Under the pieces are notes generated by a model. The model searched no databases. It was not told where the DNA came from and saw nothing but the letters and a program-made list of their open reading frames with translations. A stretch of 64,000 nt of DNA, from the IMG/VR virus record IMGVR_UViG_3300027899_000012, positions 1 to 64,000 of that record. One strand, written 5' to 3'. Position numbers and translations under genes: made by a program. This DNA comes from a virus. Shown piece by piece: positions 46,140 to 56,070 of the stretch; position 1 is the first letter of the stretch; each line of letters starts with the position of its first letter.

Positions 46140-46508
46140 GTGCTGCGAGTGACGTTTCGACCTGGGCTTGGAACTGAGGTTCCAGTCGCTGCACAACCCG
46201 GGCTCCCTGGCTCGGATCCGACCCCTGCTCCCGTTCCAATTCTTCCCATGCCCCTGATGACGGTCGAAGACCTCGCGCGGCTGCAGGGCGCGGTTCTGTG
46301 CCCGCACTGGCAGAGGTTGAACCTTCGCGGCAACTGCGTGGACCAGTGGTGGGTGGGGCCTCCGCTCTCCTGGTTCGCGGCCGCGGTAGTTACCACGCTC
46401 GGGATGGGACTTATCGGCTGGGCCCTGGTTGCGGCAAGCAAGATCAAGCCACTGGAAAAGACGGTTTTCCGGATGCGAAAGGTTGTGAAAGCTCCCACGT
46501 GGGAGTAG
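46140..46508 (+). CDS. Small membrane protein
   Basis: GLG near N-terminus; TM WFAAAVVTTLGMGLIGWALV; start uncertain. Confidence 0.6.
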   Translation: MLRVTFRPGLGTEVPVAAQPGLPGSDPTPAPVPILPMPLMTVEDLARLQGAVLCPHWQRLNLRGNCVDQWWVGPPLSWFAAAVVTTLGMGLIGWALVAASKIKPLEKTVFRMRKVVKAPTWE

Positions 46509-46520
46509 AACGACCCGATC

Positions 46521-46724
46521 ATGCGAGCGGAAGACTACGAGTACAGGGCGAGGGCGAAGGACTTTCGGTTCGATCAGATGATGCAAGAGGGCCTGTCGAA
46601 CTGTTGTTTCGAGCGTCTCGAACTCGCGAAGCGAGAATGCCCGGCGTTGCTCAACCCGAAGGACCCCTTCGCTTGCTCGGTGGTAGCTCTTGCTGCTCGT
46701 TCAGGAAGAAAACCCGCGGCCTGA
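46521..46724 (+). CDS. Hypothetical protein
   Basis: 67 aa ORF following previous gene. Confidence 0.45.
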   Translation: MRAEDYEYRARAKDFRFDQMMQEGLSNCCFERLELAKRECPALLNPKDPFACSVVALAARSGRKPAA

Positions 46725-46850
46725 AAATCACACGAGCGCGACGAGAGAAGCTTGACGAAGAAGCCATTAGCGTGAAGCCCATCCGGATGTGCGCCTTCCA
46801 GATGCAGCATCCCCCTGCGAAGCTTTCGAGGCTGCGGAAGCAGTAGAACG

Positions 46851-47021
46851 TCACGGCGTTTCCTCCGGCTGGCAGTCAGGTGATGTTCCCTTTCCCTGGC
46901 ATCGACGGCACTGGAACCATCCCAGCATGACCGTGCCCCTTCCGTCGCACCAGAGGCACCGTTCCGGTTGAGGGCCAGGCACGTTGGGCCACACCAGGAG
47001 CTTGCGGAGCCAGGCTAGCAT
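46851..47021 (-). CDS. Small CxxCxGxG zinc-finger protein
   Basis: CLWCDGRG...CRRCQGKG. Confidence 0.6.
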   Translation of the reverse strand: MLAWLRKLLVWPNVPGPQPERCLWCDGRGTVMLGWFQCRRCQGKGTSPDCQPEETP

Positions 47022-47191
47022 CACAGCACCAGCCCGTTCTTGCTCACCGCGATGATGACCGGGATCTCCACGAACTCGGGACCGTTCGGATCGAGGCGAA
47101 GGCGCACGCGAGTGCGGAACATAGGCTTCACACGAGCCTTTTTCTCCCGTTCGAGTCTTCCATCGTTCCACCAGCGCCGGTCGCATTTCAT
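47021..47191 (-). CDS. Small hypothetical protein (56 aa, below ORF-track cutoff)
   Basis: MKCDRRWW...KNGLVL; coupled at both ends. Confidence 0.55.
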   Translation of the reverse strand: MKCDRRWWNDGRLEREKKARVKPMFRTRVRLRLDPNGPEFVEIPVIIAVSKNGLVL

Positions 47192-47604
47192 GACTTCACA
47201 AACTCCACGTTCGAGCCCGAAGCGATCTGCGGCACGTGACCTTCAATCGCGGTCGCGGGAAGGCAAGTCATCGCAACCGGGGGGGATTCTGGCGAGCCGA
47301 TTCTGATCTCCGCCTGCACCATGATTGGCAGGTTGAAGTCTACCGGGAACGTGCTCGTGAACAGAACCCGGGCGAAGATTTCCTTCGCACCCTCGAACTT
47401 CGGTCGCAGCTTCAAGAGGTCGCCTTTCATCCACTTGAGCTGCCATTCTGGCAGGTCGCGAGCGGGCGTCTGGGAGTCTCCCATGTCCACGTAGTCGATC
47501 CAGGTGAGCCGGTCGAGGGAAGAGCCCGCAGCCGGGGGTTGAGCGAGGGAAGGCTTCGGAGGGATGACGCCGAAGATGTCCAGCTGGTCGTTAGCGATCT
47601 TCAT
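47188..47604 (-). CDS. Hypothetical protein
   Basis: ATGA-coupled ORF. Confidence 0.7.
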   Translation of the reverse strand: MKIANDQLDIFGVIPPKPSLAQPPAAGSSLDRLTWIDYVDMGDSQTPARDLPEWQLKWMKGDLLKLRPKFEGAKEIFARVLFTSTFPVDFNLPIMVQAEIRIGSPESPPVAMTCLPATAIEGHVPQIASGSNVEFVKS

Positions 47605-47840
47605 GCGGGCGGCTGCAATTCTCCCACGGAACGGGACACAGACTCCATCCCTTCAGCGATAGATTTTCCACATGTCTCGATCGCCTCCGCAACGGACATT
47701 CCCTCCCGTTCGCTGTATTTGAGGGCGTAGAGCAGTTTCGTTTGCGCCTCAGCAACAGCGTGAAGGCCAGCAGCCACGTTCAAGACCGCGTTCACCATCG
47801 GATCATCTACACCTACGAAATTCACAGGTTTCCAGTCCAT
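47601..47840 (-). CDS. Hypothetical protein
   Basis: SD GGAGG; coupled. Confidence 0.7.
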   Translation of the reverse strand: MDWKPVNFVGVDDPMVNAVLNVAAGLHAVAEAQTKLLYALKYSEREGMSVAEAIETCGKSIAEGMESVSRSVGELQPPA

Positions 47841-48245
47841 TTATCCTACCTCCATCGTTCCGTCCCATCCGAGCGCGAATGCCTTCGCGAGGCCCAAAGC
47901 GCACGCGTTCGTGTAGTCGTCGCCGAAACGCGTGATGACGTCCATTTGCGAAGAACGCTGCTGCGGCAAACCGATCCACACTTCGATCCAGCGCCCCTCG
48001 CTTGCCTGCTCTTTCGATGCCGCGTTCTGAGCCGCGGTGCGATAGGGAGCAACGTCGCAAAGGGCTTCGCTGCGCTCTCCCAGCAAGCGCACGAGGAAGC
48101 GATCTTCGCTCCATCTCGCCGATGCCACGTCTGTGCCGAAGAACTGGTGGATGACTTTGAGCACCTGCTCGCGCGAGGGCTTCACGCGTTGTCCCGAGGT
48201 TTGGCCGCTCTTGTGCTTCCAGTACACGAAGATGTCACTTGCCAT
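47841..48245 (-). CDS. Hypothetical protein
   Basis: SD GGAGAGG; MASDIFVYW... Confidence 0.7.
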   Translation of the reverse strand: MASDIFVYWKHKSGQTSGQRVKPSREQVLKVIHQFFGTDVASARWSEDRFLVRLLGERSEALCDVAPYRTAAQNAASKEQASEGRWIEVWIGLPQQRSSQMDVITRFGDDYTNACALGLAKAFALGWDGTMEVG

Positions 48246-48528
48246 CGCGCACGACCTCTCCTTCCGTATCGCTACCGACGCGGAGGGATCCTTCGGGTCC
48301 TTTTTTCTGGTGCTCGCGCACCACACGGATGTTGTGGACCTTCATGTCTCCGCCCATGAGCGCGCAGTATAGGATGCTTCGCGTGTCCGCGACACCAGTG
48401 GTAGATCCAACACCCACGAACCTGCCCTCCTCGTCGGTGACGATCACCACAACCCGGCATCCGGGCTCGGGTAAAACAACGGCTTTCGCAGTGGATTGAG
48501 CGAGTGTTGCCATTTCTTCGCGCTTCAT
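48235..48528 (-). CDS. Hypothetical protein
   Basis: SD GAGG. Confidence 0.65.
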   Translation of the reverse strand: MKREEMATLAQSTAKAVVLPEPGCRVVVIVTDEEGRFVGVGSTTGVADTRSILYCALMGGDMKVHNIRVVREHQKKGPEGSLRVGSDTEGEVVRDGK

Positions 48529-48532
48529 GTCC

Positions 48533-48829
48533 TCACCAGTCCTGCTTGTTGCGCCATTTGAAGTACGAGTCGCCGTACACGGCGTTCATGGCCGCTTCAT
48601 ACACGTAGTACTTGAAATCGTCGTCGGGAGCCTGATGAACGACTTCTGCTTCCACTCCCCTCGCGATCACCTGTCGAAGAACAGTGAAATCCGGCGAGGC
48701 GACCATCATGGGAACATCTGTGGCCGCGCGCGTTCTTCGTTCGAGTTCCTCCGCAATTTTTCCCTCGCGCATCCTTCGCTCAAGCTCCGCCTGAATCACG
48801 GACAAGGGAATGTCTTTGAGTTCGGTCAT
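48533..48829 (-). CDS. Hypothetical phage protein
   Basis: DFKYYVYEAAMNAVYG motif; coupled. Confidence 0.7.
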   Translation of the reverse strand: MTELKDIPLSVIQAELERRMREGKIAEELERRTRAATDVPMMVASPDFTVLRQVIARGVEAEVVHQAPDDDFKYYVYEAAMNAVYGDSYFKWRNKQDW

Positions 48830-49041
48830 GGGTTCTGCCCGCCTTTCATCGCTTCTGCGTTCGATCTGGAGAGAGCGCGAGCGGCCGAACTGGCGGAACG
48901 AGCTTCGGGTGACGACGAAATGAACCGGTGGCCGTACGGTCGGTTGCAATCCAAACAGACCCATTCGGATCCTTGACCGTAGTCTGGACTTTTTAACTCG
49001 ACGCGAGAGCCTCCGCAGTCAGGACAAAGAACCTTACCCAT
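48826..49041 (-). CDS. Small zinc-ribbon protein
   Basis: CPDC...CLDC. Confidence 0.55.
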   Translation of the reverse strand: MGKVLCPDCGGSRVELKSPDYGQGSEWVCLDCNRPYGHRFISSSPEARSASSAARALSRSNAEAMKGGQNP

Positions 49042-49633
49042 TCTGCCCGCCTTTCTTGGCCTGCCGGGTCGTGTACCAAGCTCGCAACCGCTTGGCTTCC
49101 CTCTCCAAGGTCGCCACCACGTCCTCCGTGACTTCGTCAGGATGGCCGCAGAATCGATGAACGCCCGTCTCGCAGCCCCCGGAGCACCAGACCCAGTGGA
49201 GCGCGTCCAGGGCCCGGTTCCGGCGCTCGGCAGCGGTTTGCATGCCGGCGATCGTCCCTCGCAACCGCTTGATGACCGCAAGGGCCCCCAGGAGCTTCAG
49301 CTCGTGTGCCGACTGCTCGCACTGGCTCTGCGCCTTGGCGACAATGGCTGTGATAATCTGCTCGGAAATGATCGTGGCTCCGCACATGGCGCAGCAGCCG
49401 TCCTCGTCGCACTTCTCGACCTGGCCGCACTGCGGGCACCACATGGGCTCGGGCCGGGCGGGAACGGCCAGGATGGAAGGGGGCGGAGGGCCGGCGTTCA
49501 CGTCCGAGACCATCCTGTAGAAGTCGTCGCTGATTCTCCGTGTGCGAAAAGCAGCTATGCGGAACTTGAATGCGCACGTTCCAGCGTCGCACGTGGACAG
49601 GTTGTCCGGAGTGGATTTCTTGCAGTCGTTCAT
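49034..49633 (-). CDS. Cys-rich hypothetical protein
   Basis: LDALHWVWCSGGC motif; coupled. Confidence 0.7.
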   Translation of the reverse strand: MNDCKKSTPDNLSTCDAGTCAFKFRIAAFRTRRISDDFYRMVSDVNAGPPPPSILAVPARPEPMWCPQCGQVEKCDEDGCCAMCGATIISEQIITAIVAKAQSQCEQSAHELKLLGALAVIKRLRGTIAGMQTAAERRNRALDALHWVWCSGGCETGVHRFCGHPDEVTEDVVATLEREAKRLRAWYTTRQAKKGGQNG

Positions 49634-50256
49634 CACAACCTCTGCAGTTCTTCGAGGATACGACTGATCGCCCACGCCTTTTCGGGATCGGTCGGAAACT
49701 CGTCCTCGGTGTCGGGATCCTCAGAACCGTCCTCGCCGTTGGACTCCTCCCGGGCGTTGTCGCCATCGCAGTGGCCCTGGATGTACGCTTCTTTCACGAG
49801 CGATCGAAGCCTGTTGGAGACAAGCTCCGCCGTGTGCGCCCTGCACCGCCAACGCTCGAACGCTGGCGACGGGCCGTCTGGATCTGGCCCTTGCGCCTCG
49901 CGGGCTATGTGAGCTTCTAACCGCTCTATGTCTTTGCGATCGATGTCTCGGCACCTTCGCAACGTCTCGCATTCGGCTTCCGCGCTCTTGGCCGACACGA
50001 GCGCGTCCACGAGCTTGGCGCCCATCTCGACATTCGCTCGGATCGTGTTCTTGTAGTCCTCGCGAAGCTGCTCCAACTCCACGAGGAAACCCGCCTTCAA
50101 GAACGATCGAGCCATCGAAAGCGCGGCGCCACCGAAGCGGGTCATCTTCGCCAGGAACTGCTGCTGGCGGAGGTGCTTGTCGCGCGAAGGCGCCCCCATC
50201 CAATCCACGAAGGTGCGGCTGAGTTCTTCCAGCTGTTCCGCGGTCGGAGCGTTCAT
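49633..50256 (-). CDS. Coiled-coil hypothetical protein
   Basis: Coupled ORF. Confidence 0.7.
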   Translation of the reverse strand: MNAPTAEQLEELSRTFVDWMGAPSRDKHLRQQQFLAKMTRFGGAALSMARSFLKAGFLVELEQLREDYKNTIRANVEMGAKLVDALVSAKSAEAECETLRRCRDIDRKDIERLEAHIAREAQGPDPDGPSPAFERWRCRAHTAELVSNRLRSLVKEAYIQGHCDGDNAREESNGEDGSEDPDTEDEFPTDPEKAWAISRILEELQRL

Positions 50257-51845
50257 TTTCGCGTCTCCACAACGGCGTGCACCCACTGGTCGAAAATCTT
50301 GTCTTGATCGGGCGTGTTGGTGTCGCATGGCCGGACGAGGAAGAATTGGCCGTCCACGAGCTTGCGTGACAGGCGAATGATCTCGCGTGCAGTGTCTCGC
50401 TCCCTTCGCATGATCGTGATCGCGGCCAGAGCCTTCGCCATGTTGGTGCCTGGCTCGGGGACGGGAAGCAGGAGTTCTCCGGCAGCTGCAACAACGTCGG
50501 CGCGAGCTTCCCTCAGCTTCTCATCCAACTGCCGAACGAGGTCGTGGCGGTTGTGCATCCACTGTCCCAGGCTGCCGTTGACTTGCAGGTCCCAGCCGAG
50601 CTTGCGGGCGTCCTGCGTGAGCGCGTTCAGGACTTCGTCGCGTTCTTTGACGCGTTCTCTCAGTACCTCGATCGTGGTCTGGCAAGTGGTTGCCTCTCCC
50701 ACCAGCCCCTGAAGGAATTCGTCCGACACCGAATCGGACAGGCTCGCACCGATCGCTCGCCCTACGTCAATCAGCGTGGATCGAAGCGCACGGACACGAT
50801 TTTCTTCGTGCTTCCAGTTCGCGCAGGGGTCGCAAAGGGCGGGGCTGTCATCGCCCGCTCCGTGCGAGACGGGCCAGACCAGGCCACAACCGGCGCATCG
50901 GAACGTGGCGTTTGGATCGATCGGTAGAACGTCGAGGACCGTGTCGAAGCGGCCACCGGCCGATGTAGAGAGACAGACGCCGGTGACGACCGTGTAGCGT
51001 TGCCCACCCTCGATGACTTCTTGAAGCGTGTCACTGTTCGCGTACAGCATCTGCCGGGGACCGGCAGCGAAGCACCAGCCCTTCAGGCCTTCGGGGGCGG
51101 GCTCAACTGCGCGGTGTTCCGTCGGGTTCAGCGTCTGCTTGTGGCTCCACGTCACAAGGTCCTCGACCGTCGAATTGCCCATGCGTCGTCCGGTGCAAAG
51201 CATGTAGTTCGCCACCAACTCGTCGATCGCCTTGTGAAGGAAAGCATGGCGCTCGACGTGCTCATCCTTCGCTTGTTGGACGGGTTGCGGCGAGGGGGAG
51301 CCGGGGCTCGGGCTTCCCGACTTCTTCCACAGGCCCTCGAAGTAGGAGGCGTTTGTGAACAGGCGATCGATTGCCTTCGCCACCTCGTGACCCTTGGGCG
51401 TCAGCTGCCCCCAGGCCTGCCCCACAGACGCTTGCCACAACCCATCGAGGTCCCGCTGGTGCATCGATCGCTCGTCGTCGAGCGCGCGCTGCGTGGACGC
51501 GAGCTTGTCTCTTAGATCCTGCATTTCCTCTTGGGCGCGGCCCCAAGCCTTCTGGTTTGCTTCGAGCGCCGACTTCGCTTCGGCAAGCTCGACCCTCACG
51601 CTGTGCAACGCGGCACCTGTCAGTTCCCATTCCTCCGGTCCAGGGGCCTTCGACGACTTCGCATCCGGCCCCACGAGTTTCGCCCAGTACACGAGCGATG
51701 CAGCGTACGCGCACGCTTCCGTTCGATCCATGTACGCCACCGCCATGCCGCCGGTTTCAGGAAGAGTCATCGACAAAGCGACGCATTTCTTCCCCTGCAC
51801 CGGCTCGCCCAATCCGACGGTCACGTTTGCTCTGAAAAGTTCCAT
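50253..51845 (-). CDS. Mosaic multi-domain coiled-coil protein
   Basis: 530 aa; SD GGAAGGG. Confidence 0.75.
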   Translation of the reverse strand: MELFRANVTVGLGEPVQGKKCVALSMTLPETGGMAVAYMDRTEACAYAASLVYWAKLVGPDAKSSKAPGPEEWELTGAALHSVRVELAEAKSALEANQKAWGRAQEEMQDLRDKLASTQRALDDERSMHQRDLDGLWQASVGQAWGQLTPKGHEVAKAIDRLFTNASYFEGLWKKSGSPSPGSPSPQPVQQAKDEHVERHAFLHKAIDELVANYMLCTGRRMGNSTVEDLVTWSHKQTLNPTEHRAVEPAPEGLKGWCFAAGPRQMLYANSDTLQEVIEGGQRYTVVTGVCLSTSAGGRFDTVLDVLPIDPNATFRCAGCGLVWPVSHGAGDDSPALCDPCANWKHEENRVRALRSTLIDVGRAIGASLSDSVSDEFLQGLVGEATTCQTTIEVLRERVKERDEVLNALTQDARKLGWDLQVNGSLGQWMHNRHDLVRQLDEKLREARADVVAAAGELLLPVPEPGTNMAKALAAITIMRRERDTAREIIRLSRKLVDGQFFLVRPCDTNTPDQDKIFDQWVHAVVETRK

Positions 51846-51849
51846 GTGC

Positions 51850-52557
51850 TCAGCACCCTTCCGTCATCGCGTCCTGAATTTGTCGGCGTAGATCGTTCAC
51901 CTGCGACATGAGCTTGTTGCGCTCATCGGCCGCCGCTCCGTACCGGCGTTCGCTCTCGTCGAGGAGGTGTCGAAGTTCCTGCACGTCGGCGATTGCGGCA
52001 TCGACCACAACCGGGGCGTTGCCTGCGCCGGGCTCCAAGGCCTCCCCGATCGCGCCGAACAGACTGCGCTGCGTTTGGACGAGGCAAGCGTAGCTGTGAT
52101 CTCGCGCCGCGAACCCGTCTGCCATCTGCTTCTTGAGCGATTGCACGACCAAGGCATGATCCTTCTCGTGCTGCTGGCAAACATCGAGTTCCCTCATCAG
52201 CCGCTTGGCTACGCTGGTAAGAGTCTCGGTTGAAGTGCTGTGCAGAATCCCGTGCAACACGTCTGCCTCGTGCTGCTCCATCGGCTCAACATCAGGCATG
52301 GCGTGCACGAGTTCGTCGCGCCAGTCGGCGCGGAGCCTTTTCGCCTCGTCTTCCAACTTCACGAAGCGCTTCTCTCCTTTCATCAGCGCCCGATCGATGT
52401 GCTCGCGAAGCAGAGCGGCCATGGCCGTCACCTGCTCCTTCGACTCCGCGCGAAGCTTCTCGGACATCGCTTCCACCTGGCGTTGCGCGCACTCCCCAGA
52501 GTGATTTTCCGCGCCCACGAGCACCTTTCCGCAGTACGCGCACGAGAAGGTTCCCAT
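51850..52557 (-). CDS. Coiled-coil protein with N-terminal zinc motif
   Basis: CAYC..H...C; SD GGAGG. Confidence 0.72.
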   Translation of the reverse strand: MGTFSCAYCGKVLVGAENHSGECAQRQVEAMSEKLRAESKEQVTAMAALLREHIDRALMKGEKRFVKLEDEAKRLRADWRDELVHAMPDVEPMEQHEADVLHGILHSTSTETLTSVAKRLMRELDVCQQHEKDHALVVQSLKKQMADGFAARDHSYACLVQTQRSLFGAIGEALEPGAGNAPVVVDAAIADVQELRHLLDESERRYGAAADERNKLMSQVNDLRRQIQDAMTEGC

Positions 52558-52558
52558 A

Positions 52559-53398
52559 TCAGCCTCCCACCATCACGACCGCCTCTTCCCACAACCGGGC
52601 GAGAAGTCCGTCGGGAGCGATGACGCGCACTTCTCTCTGGCGACCGCAGTTGTCGCTCACGTTGATGTGCACTTGCCACAGTGGGCCGTCTGCCGGCGTT
52701 TCTCTAAGCACTTCGGCGTTGCAATTCGAGAGGATGAAGGGGCGATTGTCGAAGCGTCCCTCGCCTTCCACTGGATCCAAGATGCCCGGTCGCGCCTTGC
52801 TGGCGAGGGCCCGCACCATGCGCGCCAGCCTGATATCGGTGTCCCTGTCGAGGATGGCGAAACTTTCGCTCACGGAGAAGCCTGTCTTTCGCGCCCAGGC
52901 AACCGGATCGTTCACCCTGCTCCCCAGGATCGATTTCTCGTAATCGATCGCCCACCGAAGAAGCGCGTTCTCCAGCGGCTCCACGTCTCCTGCCGCCCAC
53001 TCGTTCCATGCGCGCGTGAAAGCCCGCAGCCCGACGTGCAACCTCTCCCCGTCGCCCTTGTAGGATTGGCCGTTGCTGGATGCGTGCAACACCAAACATC
53101 GATCGGGCGTGTCCCCGTCGCCCAGCATCACGCATCCTACGAAATGGTGGATGGAGGTGCCGGTGATCGTGATGCAGTCCGCCTGCACGACCGCCTGTGC
53201 GGACACGCCCGCCTTCGTCACAGCGGCCGACAGGATCTGCCAGTCCTTCTGCGACATGTGAGAGCGCTTGCACCAACACTGGCTCGGGATGGGAGGGACG
53301 CTGAGTTCTCGCACCTTCTCTTCGTATCGCTCCCGTTCCTTGGCAATCTGGGCCACGCCGATGCGCTGAATGAACGAGCCTTCCAACTTGAACGTCAT
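52559..53398 (-). CDS. Hypothetical protein
   Basis: 279 aa; SD AAGGAG. Confidence 0.75.
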   Translation of the reverse strand: MTFKLEGSFIQRIGVAQIAKERERYEEKVRELSVPPIPSQCWCKRSHMSQKDWQILSAAVTKAGVSAQAVVQADCITITGTSIHHFVGCVMLGDGDTPDRCLVLHASSNGQSYKGDGERLHVGLRAFTRAWNEWAAGDVEPLENALLRWAIDYEKSILGSRVNDPVAWARKTGFSVSESFAILDRDTDIRLARMVRALASKARPGILDPVEGEGRFDNRPFILSNCNAEVLRETPADGPLWQVHINVSDNCGRQREVRVIAPDGLLARLWEEAVVMVGG

Positions 53399-53622
53399 TG
53401 ATCATCTCCTTCGATCTCAGGATTCGCCAGCATCTTGCTCACCATGGCGTCGATGTGCTCCGGCGGGATCCCCTGCTTCACCATGCCCTTGCGCACGGAA
53501 ATCAACGCTTCGATCGCTTCCGGCGTCATCGTGGTGACGCAGCGGTGGCACTCCTGGTAGGCCCATCCCGTGCGTTCCTGCAGAGCGCGCGCCTTCTTCT
53601 TGTGCGGGCTTTTCTGCGTCAT
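53395..53622 (-). CDS. Small helical protein (UBA-like/EF-Ts N-terminus-like)
   Basis: ARALQERTGWAYQEC; SD GGAGG. Confidence 0.6.
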   Translation of the reverse strand: MTQKSPHKKKARALQERTGWAYQECHRCVTTMTPEAIEALISVRKGMVKQGIPPEHIDAMVSKMLANPEIEGDDQ

Positions 53623-53624
53623 GG

Positions 53625-53810
53625 TCAGCCTCCCCCTTCCATCATGGAGCGGTAGGGATCCCAGCACGCATCGTGGATCCAGAATTCGCGCCCTTCCTCG
53701 CCGATGCTCAACCGGCGGCCCTTCTCAACGGCCTGGTTGCACCAGACGCATTTCGTCGGCTTGGGGGGAACGGTGGGGGGCGGCGATTGATCGTCGAGGG
53801 GGCATCGCAT
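53625..53810 (-). CDS. Small zinc-binding protein
   Basis: CVWC...HDAC; TTGACG-17nt-TAAGCA leaderless promoter. Confidence 0.6.
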   Translation of the reverse strand: MRCPLDDQSPPPTVPPKPTKCVWCNQAVEKGRRLSIGEEGREFWIHDACWDPYRSMMEGGG

Positions 53811-53848
53811 CGCACATGCTTAGCAAGTGCGTAGCTTTGCGTCAACGG

Positions 53849-54124
53849 CTATTTCGGAGGGGCGTCTTTCGCGGCTTCTTCGGCGGCGAACACCTCGCAC
53901 AGCGTCTTGCCGACGGGCTTCACGCTCAGCCACCGACAGACCTGCACCTTGGCTGTACCGTCCTCCGCGAACGATTCAACTCGCCACATCCAGCCCGGCG
54001 CTCCGGGAACCAGGAAGTGCCACGCAGCCAGGCGGCTTTTTCGTTGCGCGACGGTGTCGTACGGCTGCTTCAAGTGCTCTCGCACGTCAGCTTCGATAGC
54101 GCTCATTTTCTCCGCGGTCATCAT
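53849..54124 (-). CDS. Hypothetical protein
   Basis: Coupled to FmdB-like gene. Confidence 0.6.
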   Translation of the reverse strand: MMTAEKMSAIEADVREHLKQPYDTVAQRKSRLAAWHFLVPGAPGWMWRVESFAEDGTAKVQVCRWLSVKPVGKTLCEVFAAEEAAKDAPPK

Positions 54125-54309
54125 CACTTGTACCCCGTGCTTCCCCACCGGCCGCCCTTGAGCGCGAAGTTGCAGGACGAGATCAGCCTGTGGGCGCTTT
54201 CTTTCTTGCACTTCGGGCACACCTTGTCGGGATCTTCCTTGATGCTTTGTTCCTGCTCCCAGCTGTGCGCGCAGTCAGGATCCAAGCACTCGTAGTCGTA
54301 GGTCGGCAT
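54124..54309 (-). CDS. FmdB-family zinc-ribbon protein
   Basis: MPTYDYEC...C...CPKC...RLIS..NFALKGGRW...Y. Confidence 0.9.
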   Translation of the reverse strand: MPTYDYECLDPDCAHSWEQEQSIKEDPDKVCPKCKKESAHRLISSCNFALKGGRWGSTGYK

Positions 54310-54311
54310 CG

Positions 54312-54539
54312 CTAGTTCACCATCGTTGTGGGAGACAGTCCTCTCTTCTCGTTCCAGGCCGCCGCACACTGCCCTCCGCACACGGGCTTGTTCGTGCCCA
54401 TCTCGAACCACCAGCCGTAGACGGACGCCGCAATCATTTGAGCTTCCTCCGCGCCCGCCGGAGTCGATACGATGAGCATCTTCCTGCAGTTTTCGCACGT
54501 GAACTTGTGCTCGACCTCGATCTTGGCGGGCTCGCTCAT
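54312..54539 (-). CDS. Small zinc-binding protein
   Basis: CENC...GWW...CGGQC. Confidence 0.6.
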   Translation of the reverse strand: MSEPAKIEVEHKFTCENCRKMLIVSTPAGAEEAQMIAASVYGWWFEMGTNKPVCGGQCAAAWNEKRGLSPTTMVN

Positions 54540-54781
54540 TTGCCTTCCTCGTGGATGTTCACAACCCCGGCGTCGATGCACTTCTTGAAGGTTTCTGCGT
54601 TGATATGCACGTTGTACACCGTGCCGCCGATCTCGACGCCTGCGTAGTAGTAGGGTCGAGGCGCTCTCCCACCGACAAAGGTCACCGGAAGCAACCGAAC
54701 GTGCCGGATGCTGAGCGAGAGCGAGGCTTCCTGCTCACGCAGGTGTCGAACAAGCTTTCGGAAAGAACCAGCAGCGGGCAT
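54536..54781 (-). CDS. Hypothetical protein
   Basis: 81 aa coupled ORF. Confidence 0.6.
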   Translation of the reverse strand: MPAAGSFRKLVRHLREQEASLSLSIRHVRLLPVTFVGGRAPRPYYYAGVEIGGTVYNVHINAETFKKCIDAGVVNIHEEGK

Positions 54782-54801
54782 GGCCCGTGCGTATCACATG
54801 C

Positions 54802-55473
54802 TTACGGCGAGGGCAAGAGGGTCGCGACCGGCCCGGAGGGGGTGGCGGCCACTTCGATTGCGGGCGGCGCGGGCATCGGCTTGTTGTTGAGCTTCTTCGC
54901 CAACCGGATTCGCCGCTCGCTCTTGTTTCGGCCGTCTTCGCTCGTGGCGTTGCCGGCGGCGTAGATGACCAGACGGTAGTCGAGAGGCAATCCTGGGGTG
55001 GATGAGAACGAGCGTCGGGCAGCGTGGAGGGTGGCCCGGATGCACTTCTCCCGGTCCTGGACCAGGTCCCGACCGCTCCAACCTTCAGATGTGCGTTCGG
55101 CGCTGTCGTAGCCCCCTCCGGGAAGCATCTTGAGTCCCAAGTTGTGCTGGCCCATGCACCAGGATCGACCGTGGTCCTGCCATCCGGTGCCTGCGAGTCG
55201 AAGTCGGTCGATGTCCAAGTCCACGTCCCGGCGCCAGCCGGCAGACTCGTGGAAAGTGAGCGAAATCAGCAGCGAAGCAGTGAACTTCCGAGAAAGAACC
55301 GGTTCCTCCGAAGGATCCTGAACGACTCTACGAATTACCTCTGCGATTTCCGTGTACCGCTGCTTACCGTCCTCTACGCTTTCCTTGGCAGCGGTGATGA
55401 ATGTGGGCCGGCCGGGAGGGGCCAACGCAACCATGGTCGTGAAGATCCATGTACTCAAGGTTGTGGGGTCCAT
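54802..55473 (-). CDS. Putative lysozyme-fold/transglycosylase-like protein
   Basis: FHES...WRRDVD...DHGRSWCMGQ resembles ES...GxxQ of SLT-like folds. Confidence 0.55.
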   Translation of the reverse strand: MDPTTLSTWIFTTMVALAPPGRPTFITAAKESVEDGKQRYTEIAEVIRRVVQDPSEEPVLSRKFTASLLISLTFHESAGWRRDVDLDIDRLRLAGTGWQDHGRSWCMGQHNLGLKMLPGGGYDSAERTSEGWSGRDLVQDREKCIRATLHAARRSFSSTPGLPLDYRLVIYAAGNATSEDGRNKSERRIRLAKKLNNKPMPAPPAIEVAATPSGPVATLLPSP

Positions 55474-55586
55474 GGCCGAAGTGGTGACACAGGGCCGGTC
55501 GTGAAGTCAACACGGCCCGTTCACGGTGGCGGGCGCTGGCCGGCGGCGCTCTCGTGGGAAGCAAGCGGTGCGGGTAGGATGGGTTT

Positions 55587-56039
55587 ATGGCGAGCATGGT
55601 TATTTTGCCGGTGTGGGACTCTCAGGTGGCGATGACGGGGCGCGCGGCGGGGTCGAAAGGCCCAGGTCGGGGCGGCATCTTTGGATTGGGAGCGGCCGCT
55701 CCTCTCACCCCGGCGCCTGGCCCCACGGACGTCGTGGTTGACAGCCTCCCGGCCAACTGTCCCGACTGCCCGCCGACGATCTCGTGCGCTCCCTGCCCCC
55801 CAACATCCTGTCCGAAGCTCCCCGAAAGCCTGGCGAAGCAGGTGGGATGGCACTTCTGGGGGGACCCGGCCACCGGCAAGACCATGTGCGTCCGAACGCG
55901 CGCACCATCAGAGGCAATGGATGTCACCCCGGGATATCTCGCATGGATCGAGGCCCACGCGATGGTTTCCGCCATCATCTTCGGCGTCGGAGTGCTCGGC
56001 ATCGGAGCCTGCGTCGCTTACTCTCGCCGCCATGGTTGA
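55587..56039 (+). CDS. Membrane protein with Cys/Pro-rich segment
   Basis: TAGGAT-6nt-ATG; IFGLG; CPDCPP..CAPCPP..CP; C-terminal TM. Confidence 0.75.
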   Translation: MASMVILPVWDSQVAMTGRAAGSKGPGRGGIFGLGAAAPLTPAPGPTDVVVDSLPANCPDCPPTISCAPCPPTSCPKLPESLAKQVGWHFWGDPATGKTMCVRTRAPSEAMDVTPGYLAWIEAHAMVSAIIFGVGVLGIGACVAYSRRHG

Positions 56040-56064
56040 CACGTGCTCAGCACACCGATAGCGT
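56036..56064 (+). promoter_or_regulatory. Sigma70-like promoter, leaderless
   Basis: TTGACA-17nt-TAGCGT-6nt-ATG(56071). Confidence 0.7.
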
Positions 56065-56070
56065 GTGCGC